Assembly: GCF_032191835.1 (NCBI RefSeq)
Contig: NC_083240.1
Coordinates: forward strand, 21,700,001 to 21,764,000
Length of the DNA stretch: 64,000 bases
Reading direction: 5' to 3'
DNA from: Heteronotia binoei
Taxonomy: Eukaryota
Under the pieces are notes generated by a model, which was not told the DNA's origin, searched no databases, and saw nothing but the letters and a program-made list of their open reading frames with translations. A program made the position numbers and the translations under genes. This document shows, one piece after another, positions 33,556 through 45,038 of this stretch; the first letter of the stretch is position 1, and every line of letters begins with the position of its first letter.

Positions 33556-34314
33556 GTCAGCTATGAAGCCAGCAGTCCATTGCTAAGCCTTAAGCGCACC
33601 TACCCCTCCTTCCTGCGCACCATCCCCAGTGACCGCCTGCAAGCAGAGGCCTTGGTGAGCCTGCTGAAGGCTTTTGGGTGGACCTGGGTGGTGGCAGTGG
33701 GCAGCGAAAACACCTACGGGCGCCAGGGCCTGCGGACGTTGCACGAGGTGGCCACCAAGGAAGGCATCTGCTTCGCCTATCAAGGGGTCGTCTTCATGGA
33801 AACTAGCAACACGGAACTGGTGGCAAATGTGCAAGTCGTACTGGCTTCCGACACCAAGGTTGCCATCCTCTTTGCCAACAAGCGTGGTGCTGAAGTGTTC
33901 TTCCTGGAGGTCGTGCGGCAGAACGCAACCGGGAAGGTGTGGCTGGGCACCGAGGATTGGTCGTTGTCTCGAGAAATCTGGGGAATCCACGGCATTCATG
34001 GTATTGGCACAGTGATTGGAGTGACAATCATGCAGGCGCCACTCCCAGAAATGTGGGCATTTGAGGTTGCTTCAGAGCATTCAGAGAGTCACAGAGTTCA
34101 GGCCTCCTGTTTCCAGGGTTGCAGGGAAACCTGCAGCCAGCACTGTTCCCAGTTGTATGTACCATCACTACCACCTATACTGGAGTCATCTCCATACGAC
34201 ACGCAAGGCGCTTTCAATGTGTATTCTGCCATCTATGCTGTGGCGCACAGCCTCCATCGCTTGCTGGGCTGCCAAACGGGGGTGTGCCGCAAGGATTCTG
34301 TCTATCCCTGGCAG
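33556..34314 (+). CDS. TAS1R1: TAS1R1 exon 3 (VSYEASS...RTIPSD...EDWSLSRE...VYPWQ)
   Basis: 759 bp, AG/GT bounded, open frame. Confidence 0.96.
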
Positions 34315-34993
34315 GTGAGCATCAATTTTTCACTGGGTATGACAAATGCCATGCTTGGCTGGGGGAAAGAGTGCGGGAGTTTCCATGTGGGGGAAACACA
34401 ATGAGCTTTCCTGAGATCTGGGATCCTGAGATCCTGAGATCCTGAGAGGGGGGGGCGTTAAGAGAGAAATGAAATGATGAGGAAGCCTTCAGCCAGTACC
34501 TATGTCCCTGCTCTTAACCAAACCATGACACTATAGCAGGGCTTGGTACCCTTTTGTAATTAAAGAGCTAAACTGCGTCAACATGCAGAGCCAGAAATCA
34601 ACAGAGAGCCAGTGTAATAAAGCCCATTTGCATCACTGAAAATATACAGTTTAACATTACTGATGATTGACATGTGAGTTAATAATCCATAACATTTCCA
34701 CAGTGCAAACACTGGTTGTACTGAGTCCTTTATTAGGAAGTGGCACACATGAAGTCTCACAGTAAGTCATCAGTGCATATACAGGGGCATCCTGCATGAT
34801 TGTTTTAGTAGTGCATTGGCATTAATCTGCACATGGTTCACTTTGATTATTGGCAACCATCATTTCTGTCCTGTCCCATCTCTTAGAAGCCCTTTAGTCC
34901 CACACAGATCTTTGCTTACTGTTCCCAGCATTATTAACTTGAAGGTTTCATTTTTATCTCAAAAGACCCACATTTGGCTCTAGTGCTATAGGT

Positions 34994-35126
34994 CAGGGGT
35001 GGCCGGTAACTCTCCAGATGTTTTTTTGCCTACAACTCCCATCAGCCCCAGCCAGCATGGCCAATGGCTGGGGCTGATGGGAGTTGTAGGCAGAAACATC
35101 TGGAGAGCTACCGTTGGCCATTCCTG
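34994..35126. mobile_element. Hairpin hAT MITE
   Basis: Near-complete palindrome; perfect 8-bp TSD ctataggt. Confidence 0.88.
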
Positions 35127-35894
35127 CTATAGGTTGCAAACCCATGGGCTTTACTGACACTGAAATGTGGAGGGATTCCATCAGAAACAAGAAAGGCAGG
35201 GTGACCATCTTTACTGAGGACCAGAGTCTTTTACAGTCTGATCCTCTACACATTTACTTAAAACTAAGCCCCCAGGAGCACAGGTCATTGAAAAACATGT
35301 AGGACTGCGGTTTTATTGTATCTTGTTCTCCATTAGCACCTGAGAAGAATTGGCTTGGATTGGACCATAAGTTTCTACGCTGCATGTAATAATTTTTTAA
35401 AACCCTCAGAATTTAGAGATACGAGTGGTGGAAGGGGGGAGGGGAAAATACACATCAGAATAAGTTCCCAAATTTATAGTGTAATCCTAAACAAAGTCAC
35501 ACGCTGCTACCACCATTGACTTCAAAGGGTTTTGAACTGGGTAAGTCTGTTTAGGTTTGCACGGGTGATGTTGGGGAGGATTAACAATAGAGATGCTTGC
35601 TTTACCTAGTCTGAATGGAAGAGATATCAATTCAGATTTTATGTGCTCGTTTTTAATTCACCTAAGCGAAATTGTAGTTCCAGGAGCAAAGCAACCACCT
35701 AATCTATTTAGTTTAGCCACCTTCCCAGCAGGCAAATAGACTCTTTCTCATCAATACTACAAACTTAACTGGTTTTGGAGCAATTTCCCCTTCATCAGAG
35801 AACTCTGGGAACTGCCACTGAGCATGTAGTTACCCTCACCAAATGGTAGCTGGATACGGGGGGGAGGGGGTGCCATAACAGTTATCCATTAATA

Positions 35895-36225
35895 GAACAA
35901 AGTATGAGTCCAGTGTCATCTTTAAGACCAAGTTTTATTCACTGTATGCACTTTCCTGTGCATGCACAATTCCTCAGATACTTGAGGAAGTGTGCACACA
36001 CAAGAAAGCACATATGCACAGTGAATAAGACTTTGTTGGTCTTAAAGGTGACACTGGACTCAAATTTTGTTCTGTCGCTTCAGACCAACACGACTACCCA
36101 CCTGAAGTTATCCAGGGAATGTATTTGAAGAAGTGTGCATGCACACGAAAGCATATACCCAGAATTAAACTTGTTGGTCTTAAAGGTGCCAATGGACTCA
36201 AACTTTTTCCTGTTGCGTCAGATCA
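35895..36225. mobile_element. Penelope-like repeat cluster: inverted pair (35895-36072) plus a tandem third unit, each with a degenerate hammerhead motif
   Basis: Repeated TTGTTGGTCTTAAAGGTG unit preceded by (C/T)TGA(A/G)GA-stem-GAAAGC. Confidence 0.65.
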
Positions 36226-36304
36226 GGAATGAAACCCAAAGAAGTTTGCAGTGCAGACAAAACCTTGGACAGTGACTCTCACAATTTCTCACTCTCTCCT
36301 GCAG

Positions 36305-36517
36305 CTCCTAAAAGAAATGAAAGAGGTGAACTTCAGTGTGAAAGGCAGGCAGATCTATTTTGACAGCAATGGGGACCCCTTGACAGGCTACGACCTTGTC
36401 CAGTGGAAGTGGGCAAACCAGACATGGTTCTATGATGTGATTGCCACATTCAGCATTAAACCAGTCCACCTGACCATCTACAGGGACAAACTGCAGTGGC
36501 ACACTGGAGATAACCAG
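36305..36517 (+). CDS. TAS1R1: TAS1R1 exon 4 (LLKEMKEVNF...FDSNGDP...WHTGDNQ)
   Basis: 213 bp, AG/GT bounded. Confidence 0.96.
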
Positions 36518-36859
36518 GTAAGAAGAACACCTGGGAGCCACAAGGTTGTGGTAAGGTGGTTCCCTTTTGCCACACATTGGTGACAATTTGAAAATGGAAG
36601 GTCTCTTCCTCCTGAGGTGCTTGATGATGCCTCTAGTCAAACAAGACTGACAGGTTTTTATATCGTTTCGAAATCCTGTCCTGCAAAACAAGTTTAATGA
36701 TTTGGGCAGTGGGGGGGGGGGAGACAGTGGTGCTAAAGGACTAAAGTAGTGTATGGTGTTGGACGCAGGACCAGCTCACCCACTAGGCAAACTAGACGCT
36801 TGCCTAGGGTGCCGGGAGGGAGGGGGTGCCAAATTGAGCTCCCCCGCCCATGACAAATG

Positions 36860-37190
36860 CCTAGTTTGCCTGCCTGCCTCTCTCCCCTCCGCCGCCGCCG
36901 CTCTTTTCCTTCCCTTCCTTTCCCTCCCCGCCTCCCCATCGCTGCCGCCACTGCACTTTTCCTTCCCTTCCTGCTCGCCCCCCTGATTGCTGCCACATTT
37001 TTCCTGCCCGCCCATCGTCGCCGCTGCTCTTTTCCTTCCCTCCCCTCCCCACCCCCGCATTGCCACCACCACCACCACCACCGCACTTTCCTTCCCCTCC
37101 CTCCCTGCCTGCCCCCCATCGCTGCTGTTCTTTTCCTTCCCTTCCCTCTTGCCCCCCCCCATCACCGCTGCATTTTTCCTTCCCTCAGGC
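36860..37190. repeat. Pyrimidine-rich ~35-bp minisatellite inside a probable hAT-type element (right end CTAGGGCCGGCCCTG at about 37333)
   Basis: Repeated (GCC)n-CTTTTCCTTCCC units. Confidence 0.65.
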
Positions 37191-37458
37191 CCTAGCCTTT
37201 CTAGCGTATCCCCACGGCTGCCGCCTACTTGCGAGTAGGTGCGGGGTTACTCACAAGTAGGCAGCAGATCCAGTGACTGGGGTGGGGTGGAACTCTGCAG
37301 CTCAGGGCGCCAGAAGGGCTAGGGCCGGCCCTGGCTGGACGCAATCTTTGTCAGAAGCTGCTGTCTGCGGCTGAGACTGGGCAAAGGTCCTGTGAAAACA
37401 ATTTATGTATTAATCAGAGAGCTCTCTCATGCTCTGGGTCTCCCAAGTCCCAAAGCAT

Positions 37459-37652
37459 TGAACATGTGAAATTGCCTTGTACTGAAACAGACCATTTGTC
37501 TGTCAGGGTCAGTATTATTGACCCTGACTGGCTGTCCAAGGTCTCAGGCTGAGGTCATTCACATCACTTCCTACCTGATTCTTTGACTGGAGAATTTGAA
37601 CCTGGGACCTCCTGCATGCAGATGCTCTAACAGTGGACCAGGGCACCTTCCC
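37459..37652 (-). mobile_element. tRNA-derived SINE
   Basis: Antisense of the family at 30262. Confidence 0.65.
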
Positions 37653-38051
37653 ATTCCCCCTGGGGCTGTATCATGTGATATTTCTGAACCAGAAGAGCCC
37701 TGCTGGATTAGTCCATCTTGTCCAACCTGTTGCCTTGGAGGACCCACAAGCTGGGCACAGAGACCAAGGCCTCCCCATGATGTCACCTACTAGCAGTTTT
37801 TCAGAGGTGAACTGCCTCTAGATATGGAGGATCCCTTCACTCCCCATGGCTGGTAGCCACTGATGGACAGCCATCTCCTCCATAAATCCGTCTAATCCCC
37901 TTTGAAAGACTTCTCTGCCTAGCCTTAATGAATGAAATGTGTTCAGCAAATTCAACACTCCCATGGTTTAGCCACCGGGACCACAACATGGGCTCTCAAG
38001 CATGTACCTGGAAACGGTCTGGCCATGTTGTTTTGTGCTCCTCTTCCCCAG

Positions 38052-38172
38052 GTTCCTGTCTCAATCTGTTCCAAAGACTGTGAGGCGGGGGAACAGAAGG
38101 TATTGCAGGGGACCCATCAGTGCTGTTTCCATTGTGTGGCCTGCTCTCCGGGGACCTTCCTGAACAAGAGCA
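38052..38172 (+). CDS. TAS1R1: TAS1R1 exon 5 (VPVSICSKDC...HQCCFHCVACSPGTFLNKS; cysteine-rich domain)
   Basis: 121 bp; NCD3G cysteine pattern. Confidence 0.96.
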
Positions 38173-38451
38173 GTGAGTGAAGCATTGACAGCGGCCCACA
38201 AAGAAAGGGAAGCTGGCTGCCCCAGTTCCACCTCCCTTCCCTCTGTCCTGTGGCTTTCCCCAGGCAGCTGAGAGCTGAGCTTGAAGATGCAAAACTCTCC
38301 TTCCTGCGTCCCTCTGAAAGAGGGTGGCATGGAAATAGGAGCACTGTTTGGCCACCCTAGGTGAAAATTGGTCATTCCTGAAATTTCCATTCTTCAGGCA
38401 TCTTGTGTGTGTGTGTGTGGGGGGGATGCGATAGAATGGCCATCGTACTTC

Positions 38452-38690
38452 CATAAGGTGCCAAACCCGTGGTGGTGGCTGGAGACCTTCCACTATTATA
38501 ACTAATCTCTAGGTGACAGAAATCAGTTCTCCTGGAGAAAAGGTGGATTCTAGGGCATCATATCCCACTGAAGGTGGACCCTAGGGCATCATATCCCACT
38601 GAAGTCCCACCCGTCTCCAAACCCCACCCTCCCCAGCCTCCACCCCTCAAATCTCCAGGACTTCCCAACCTGGAGCAGGCAACCCTATCC
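38452..38690. mobile_element. TAGGGTTGCCA-family MITE with an internal 31-bp tandem duplication (38542-38603)
   Basis: CTAGGGCATCATATCCCACTGAAG occurs twice. Confidence 0.6.
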
Positions 38691-39051
38691 TTCCACCTCA
38701 ACTGTAGCGCCTTTCTTTCTCCATAAAAATGAATGGGGCATGGGGATGGGTCTGCCATCAGGTAAAGTCATGGAGAGAGAGAGCAATGGCCACAGTGGAG
38801 ACTTTTGTGTCATCGGGGCTTGGTTGAGAAGCAAATGGTATCACCCTGCCTCTAACAGATCCATTCCCCAGCTCGTTCCATACAAATTAATGGACAGCTC
38901 CATTCTGTACACCATGTATATGGCAGGAAGAGCCAAACTTTTAGGGGTCCACCCTGCAAGCACCCATGGTGCCTTACAGAGTCAACTAGTGGGGCTGGCA
39001 AGTGTTGGATGTGAGGCCTTCTTTCACTGATTTCCTTTCTCCCTCTTTCAG

Positions 39052-39986
39052 ATCCCTACACTTGTCAAATGTGCCCGGAAGACCAGTGGGCCCCTACCGG
39101 AAGTGACACCTGCTCCCCCCGAGCCACCATCTTCCTCCACTGGAGCGACCGCATCTCTCAGGCTCTCCTGTCTGCCACCACCCTGCTGCTCTTGCTGCTG
39201 GCCGGGGCCATCTTTATCTTTGTTCGGAAAGCCGACACACCTGTTGTGAAGTCTGCTGGGGGCTGGCTGTGCTTGGTCATGTTGAGCGCTCTGGCCAGCG
39301 CCGACGTCAGCCTCTATTGCTTTTTCGGGGTCCCCAACAGGTTCACCTGCCTGCTGAGGGTATCAATGTACACTGTTAGTTTTAACATCTGCCTGGCCTG
39401 CATGGCAGCCCGCTCCTTCCAGATCGTCTTGATCTTCAAGATGGCCACCAAGGCTCCAGGCCTGTATGAGGCCTGGAAGAATCATCACGGATGCAGCCTC
39501 TTCATAGTCAGCTGTACTGGGCTACAGGGGGCGATGTTCCTGGTCTATCTGTGTGCTACTCCACCATTTCCCCACAAGAATTATGACATGGCTGACCAAG
39601 TGATCCTCCTGGAATGCAAAGAGCGCAACCCTGTGATCCCTTTTGTGGGATTTTTGGGCAACGGGCTGTTGGGTATCTTCTGCTTTGTCATCAGCTACAT
39701 GGGCAAAGATCTGCCCAACAGCTACAACGAGGCCAAGTGCACCACCTTCAGCCTGATCATCTACTTTGTCTCTTTAATCTCCTATTTCACCACCATCAGC
39801 GTCTACAAGGGCAAGTACCTGCCAGCTGTTCACGTCGGCTCTCTCCTCTTCCCCCTCTTCGGCATCTTCGGAAGCTACTTCATCCCCAAGATCTACATCA
39901 TCCTCTTCCAATCTGAGCTCAACACCCACGAACATTTTCAGATGTCTATTCAGAGCTACACCAAAAAGAAAAATGTGACAAATTGA
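39052..39986 (+). CDS. TAS1R1: TAS1R1 exon 6 (7TM domain; KSAGG, YNEAKCTTF, PKIYIILF...ELNT)
   Basis: 935 bp, open to stop; the six exons total 2544 nt = 847 aa. Confidence 0.97.
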
Positions 39987-41352
39987 AGGGGGTGGATGGT
40001 CTGGGGAAGCCACCATGAAAGCAGGGATGGCTCAGCTCAGTAGGTTCTATCGGTGGCTTTATGGGGTAACAGAGCAGCAGAGATTCACTGCTAAGCAGGA
40101 AGTGCTTCTAGAGAAGCGGTTTTCAAACATTTTGAAGCAGGACCCACTTCTAGGGTTCCGGCCTCCCAGTGGCAGTGGGAGCTCTCCCGCGACGACAGCT
40201 GATCTCCAAGTGACAGATCAGTTCCTCTGGAGAAAACGGCCGCTTTGGAAGGTGGACTCTATGGCGTTATAACCCACTGAAGTCCCTCCCTTCCTCAAAG
40301 CCCACCCTCCTCAGGCTCCACCAGCAAAAGCACCAGGTATTTCCCAACCTGGAGCTGGCAGCCCTACCCACTTCTAAGTTTGCTGCGCCATCTGAAGCAA
40401 ACCAATGGGCTTAGAAAGGGGTAGCTCTGCTCAGGATGGCCCAGGGAGTGTATTTTGGGGGCTGTCTGGCTGTATTTTTCGAGACCCACTTGCCTAATTA
40501 TGTGCTACTTTGCCCCTCCTCCCCAACATCAAACACAAGAATCTCTCATCCCTTAACACTGAAATTTATTTTATTTTTCATATGTTGTGTTTATGAACAT
40601 TGTTATACCCTAAGTTGGTTCCCTGTGGAGAAGAGAGCCCTGGAGGCCAACGACATTTTTGTACTGTTTGCTTTGATGACAGAAGTAAAGCACAGGTGGA
40701 GGCCCAGAGAGGCTCCCGGGAGCAGAGGCTACACCAACCCACACCAGTTGCAGTGAGCAAGAGAACCTGCACGCTCCAATTCCAAGCACTGTGTGTCTAC
40801 TTCTCTCTTGGCTTGTTCCAGAATCTAAAATTCTTCTTTCTTCAGATGCAAACTCATGTTTGTGATCAGTTTAGTTTCTACTTTTTGCCTGTAGATGGTG
40901 ACTGGCATTTGTGGTTTTTATGGTTTTGGTTCTGTTTGTATTGTAAGCTGCCTCATGTTACATAAGGTAGAAAAACAGCTAATAAATGCCTTAAATAAAC
41001 AAACAATATTTGCCTTCTCCATTCAGATTGGGTTGGGGGGGGCCCTCTTTCAAGCCCTAAAGACAAAGCCATTTTCAACCCCATTGAGGAGATGCCTGCA
41101 GTCAATAGGAAACATTTCTTTTTGAGCTGCTCTAGGCCAAGCCCATGAGATAGACTCCTTCAATGCTGGATTAGATGACCCTGGAGCTCCTTTCCAGCTC
41201 CATGATGCTATGAAAGTAACCCATTTCTCCTACCCTACTGAGTCAGCAAGTTGTATTTCATGCCTATTTCACACATCATACAGAAGCAATGAGCGTCCCA
41301 GAGTCTTCTTTTTCAAGTCACTATTGCTCCTCCTTCCTTTTGGCCTCTAAAA

Positions 41353-41630
41353 GAGAAGGAGGAGGAGGAAGAGATGGAGATTGGATTCATACCACACCCT
41401 TCACACGGAATCTCAGAGCTGCTTACAATCTCCTTTTCTTTCCCCTCCCCACAACGACACCCTGTGAGGTAGATGGGGCTGAGAGAGCTCTTTTGAGAAC
41501 TACTCTTGAGAAAACAGCCCTTTCAAGAACTGTGACTGACCCAAGGTCACTCAGGAGGTCTGTGTAGAAGTGGGGAATCAAAGTTCTCCCAGATTAGAAC
41601 CCACACACTAAACCACTACACCAAACTGGC
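41353..41630 (-). mobile_element. Squam3-like SINE
   Basis: Full-length antisense copy. Confidence 0.8.
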
Positions 41631-42878
41631 ATTTTTGTGTCCCAATTTGAGAACCACTTCTGTAGAGGGAGGAATGCAGGTCCCCAGCCAAGCTCTTAAA
41701 TCAACATAGTTCTTTATTTTTGACAATATTTATACCCCACTTTTCTCCTCAATAGGGAACCCAAAGTGGCTTACAACTTCAGTCTTGGTTTTTCCTCACA
41801 ACAGCCATCCTCTGGACTGAGAGAATGACTGGCCCAAGGCCACCCAATGAGATTCTGTGACAAAGTGGAGATTCAAACCTTGCTCTCTGAGATCCTAGTC
41901 TGACACACTAACCACAACACCACACTGGTGTGCCTCTCTCCACTTTCCCTCCACTGAACCCCCCTTTTCCTCACTCCATGCAAGAGAAGAATAAAAAAAA
42001 GTTTTCTCTTATTTGGGCAGGATAGGCAGGTAGAGATTTCATGGTGCAGGCTCCATTATGCCACGCTCAGATGATCCTCCAAGCCACCATTTCTTCACAG
42101 TTCATGTGCAAAACTCTTCTGTTAGCAGCAAGAGCCCATCGGCCTTCAAAGGTATTAAAGTTAGAAGCAAACACTTTTAAAGGTATGCATTGTCATGTAT
42201 GTGTACCAGACACAGGATACATGAACACAACATCATAAACACAACATCATCAAAATACAGGAAGAGCCGTATTGGATTCGACCAATGATCCCTCTGATCC
42301 AACATCCTGTTCTCCAGTAGCCAACCAGAAGGCTCATAACAAGGGGCGCAAAGGTCAAAACTTCCTACAGGTTTTGTCTCAGCAACTGGTACTCAAAGGT
42401 ATACTATTGCTGAACATGGAGGTTCTATTTAACCAGCTTCACTAATAGCCAAACTGGACGTCATGATTTTTCACAAACTAGGCTTGGGTTCCCTGACCTG
42501 ACTTCAGTCATAAAACAATCTGCTGCGGGGAATTTATTTCTTTTAAACATCACCACTGTTTCCAGTTGAATTGGCAGATCAAGTCACCGGTATACCGTAT
42601 GGGAATCGGTTTCCATATGGAATAATGGAGTGTCCAGCAGACATTTCGCTCCCCCCGCTTTCTGATAACCCTCCAAAGTGGGGGAGGGCCTCCAAACCAG
42701 GGGATCCCCTGCCCCCACATGGGGATTGGCAACCCTAGTTAATCACAATGCAATATTAATAAATACTGTTCTTAAGTTTGTTAGTCACGAATCTCAATAA
42801 CAACTCGTTTTTATCTCGAGCCAGTAGCATTAAAAACCATAAGTCTCGTTTGATTTATTCCTCCGGTTTCTAGCATCC

Positions 42879-43104
42879 GGGGGCGGGACTGACATGCCCC
42901 GCCTCTTTAATAATTTATCCTGCATTTACCCCGCCCACGGCCCCGCCCCTACTGCCGCTCGCGCGCGCCCCCTCTCTCCCTCCTTTTCGCGTCGTGACGT
43001 CACGTGTCCCAAGATGGCGCCGGTTTGGCTCATGTCTCCCTCTCAGCCTGGGCTGTAGCCGCGGCAGGGGGGGGAGGGGAGGCGCGACGATATAGAGGGC
43101 TGAG
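42879..43104 (+). promoter_or_regulatory. ZBTB48: ZBTB48 CpG promoter and probable non-coding exon 1
   Basis: Three GC boxes, TGACGTCA (42995-43002) overlapping CACGTG (43001-43006), YY1-type CAAGATGGCG (43010-43019), donor GAG|gtaaat at 43104/43105. Confidence 0.75.
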
Positions 43105-43799
43105 GTAAATGGGGGCTGAGGGAGTTTTTCTTTCGCGCTGGGTTTCTGCTTCCATATGGTTGCAGAGCACTGAAGGGTGCGGGGAAGCCTTCCAGAATTC
43201 TTCCCTGAGAGATGGGGAGGGGAGGCAGGCAATGCAACCCCCACACACACACCTGCCCTTTCGTTCGCTTTCTGTTTATTTTTTGATAATTTTACTAGGG
43301 CTTTATGTTCTGCAGCCTCTCAGCATGACAGCGACTCTGCTTTGGTCATCCCTAATATAATAATTCCTTTTTCATCTTCTTTGCCCCTCCCTCCCATACT
43401 TGCCCAAGTGCCAGACAAGGCGTATTTACTCTGAAGAAGTAAATATCACTGAGGGCAGTGGGGCATCTTCCTATGTAAGCATGCTGGACGGTTGCTGCTC
43501 TGGATTTCTCCCTTTTGTGCCACCTTCAGTTTGTGAACGAAGAGCCATCTCCTTTCCCTGCTTCTGCACAGAGGACAGGTTTCCTGTCTGCTGATCCTGC
43601 CCTTTCTCTCCTAATTTTGCTCACCTTCTCTTTGATTTGGAAGCTGTAAATAAACACTTGAGACTGCTCTCAATATAGAATGTAAAGGATTAATTTAAAA
43701 AAAATGTGAAAGGAAGTTTCGCAAGGTAGAGTGGCTGGGATAGTCTGTCTCTGTCCCCAGAATATTTCAGGCAAGCTTTTTTGCAGGGTTTTTTTTTTT

Positions 43800-44015
43800 T
43801 TGCAGAGGTCCATCAGTGGCTATTAGCCACCACATATTGTTGGAACTCTCTGTCTGGGGCAGTGATGCTCTGTATTCTTGATGCTTGGGGGGGCAACAGT
43901 GTCCTGACCCCACTGATGGACCTCCTGGTGACATCTGGGTTTTTTGGCCACTGTGTGACACAGTGTTGGACTGGATGGGCCATTAGCCTGATCCAACATG
44001 GCTTCTCTTATGTTC
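43800..44015 (+). mobile_element. CR1 LINE 3' fragment
   Basis: Same 3'UTR and tail as the other CR1 copies. Confidence 0.8.
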
Positions 44016-44232
44016 AGTTGGAGTCTAGTAATGTAGGCTGGTGCTGTGTTGATCCACCCCTGTTTTATCCTCTTCACTATTCTTTTCTCTTTGCATGCAT
44101 CTGGTCTAAATTCTTTGTGCTTTCATAATCCGCAGTCCATGTTTTATTGATCACCATTCTCTTCTTGATGTGTTTTAGGCAGATGTCAGCCCATTGTTAA
44201 CTACTTCATATTCACCTCCAGCAGAGCCTCCC

Positions 44233-44285
44233 TGGTGGTGGTGGTGGTGGTGGTGGTGGTGGTGGTGGTGGTGGTGATGGTGGTG
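44233..44285 (+). repeat. (TGG)14 TGA (TGG)2 microsatellite in ZBTB48 intron 1
   Basis: Read directly from the sequence. Confidence 0.95.
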
Positions 44286-44354
44286 AGGAGTCTGAAAAGG
44301 AGCTGTGTCCAGCCACCACCTACCCATTTTGTCTTTCTTCTCTTCCAGCAGGTC

Positions 44355-45038
44355 ATGGAGGGCTCCTTTATACAACACAGTGTGCGTGTTCTGCAGGAAC
44401 TCAATAAGCAGCGGGAGAGTGGACAGTACTGTGATGCCACCCTGGCAGTGGGCAGCTTGGTATTCAAGGCACATTGGAGCGTCCTGGCGTGCTGTAGCTC
44501 CTTCTTCCAGAGCATGTACACTGGAGCTTCCAGCCGGGTGATCCTGCCAGAGACCTTTGTGGAGATCTTTGCTTTGCTTCTCGACTTCTTCTACACAGGC
44601 CACTTGGCAATCACCTCAGAGAACTGGAAAAAGCTTCTTGCAGCTGCTAAGGAACTCTGCATCCCAGAAGCTGTCAAGCTGTGCCAGGAATTCAAGCCCA
44701 AATGCTTGGATAATGGCGACCAGAACAGCCAGCCTCCGTGTGAAAAAGACTTCAGCAGTCACTCTGAGGAGGTGACAGATGTGCAAGAAGAACCGGCCTT
44801 TCAAGCCGCGTCCAAAAATGACTCTGTTGAGGAGCCCAGTCCGAAGCCCTGTCCCCAGGGGGACAAAGTGGCCCAGGGTCAAAGGGAGAGCCCCTGTATC
44901 CTTCGGGGAAGGTTGAAAAGGGCTCTCAAAACAAACACACTGAGCAATGCAGGTGAAGTAAAGAGCATCCCGGAATGTAAAGAACTAAAAAGGCCATTGA
45001 AAAGAGGAGCCACCGAAGACGCGAGCGCCAGTAATGAG
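44355..45038 (+). CDS. ZBTB48: ZBTB48 first coding exon (BTB domain plus linker, ends SASNE)
   Basis: MEGSFIQHSVRVLQELNKQRE...CDATL...FKAHWSVLACCS; donor chosen by phase and the remembered human SNE|WE junction. Confidence 0.92.

Noticed and set aside
33982-34005. GIH-GIH-GI tandem in TAS1R1 as a novel insertion
   Set aside because: Same length as the aligned human segment, so substitutions rather than an expansion.
35895-36225. CRISPR-like or prokaryotic repeat array
   Set aside because: No regular repeat-spacer periodicity, no cas genes, and the context is vertebrate.
36733-37238. Cluster of 100-130 aa ORFs
   Set aside because: Low-complexity minisatellite lacking stop codons.
29971-39986. 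TAS1R1 pseudogenisation
   Set aside because: All six exons have canonical splice sites and join into an uninterrupted 847-aa frame.
40981-40999. TAS1R1 polyadenylation signal
   Set aside because: The AATAAA copies lie in what looks like an L2 3' tail; they cannot be assigned without 3'-end data.
44175-44603. Poly-His, poly-Thr and poly-Val ORFs
   Set aside because: All are translations of the intronic (TGG)n microsatellite overlapping the ZBTB48 BTB exon.
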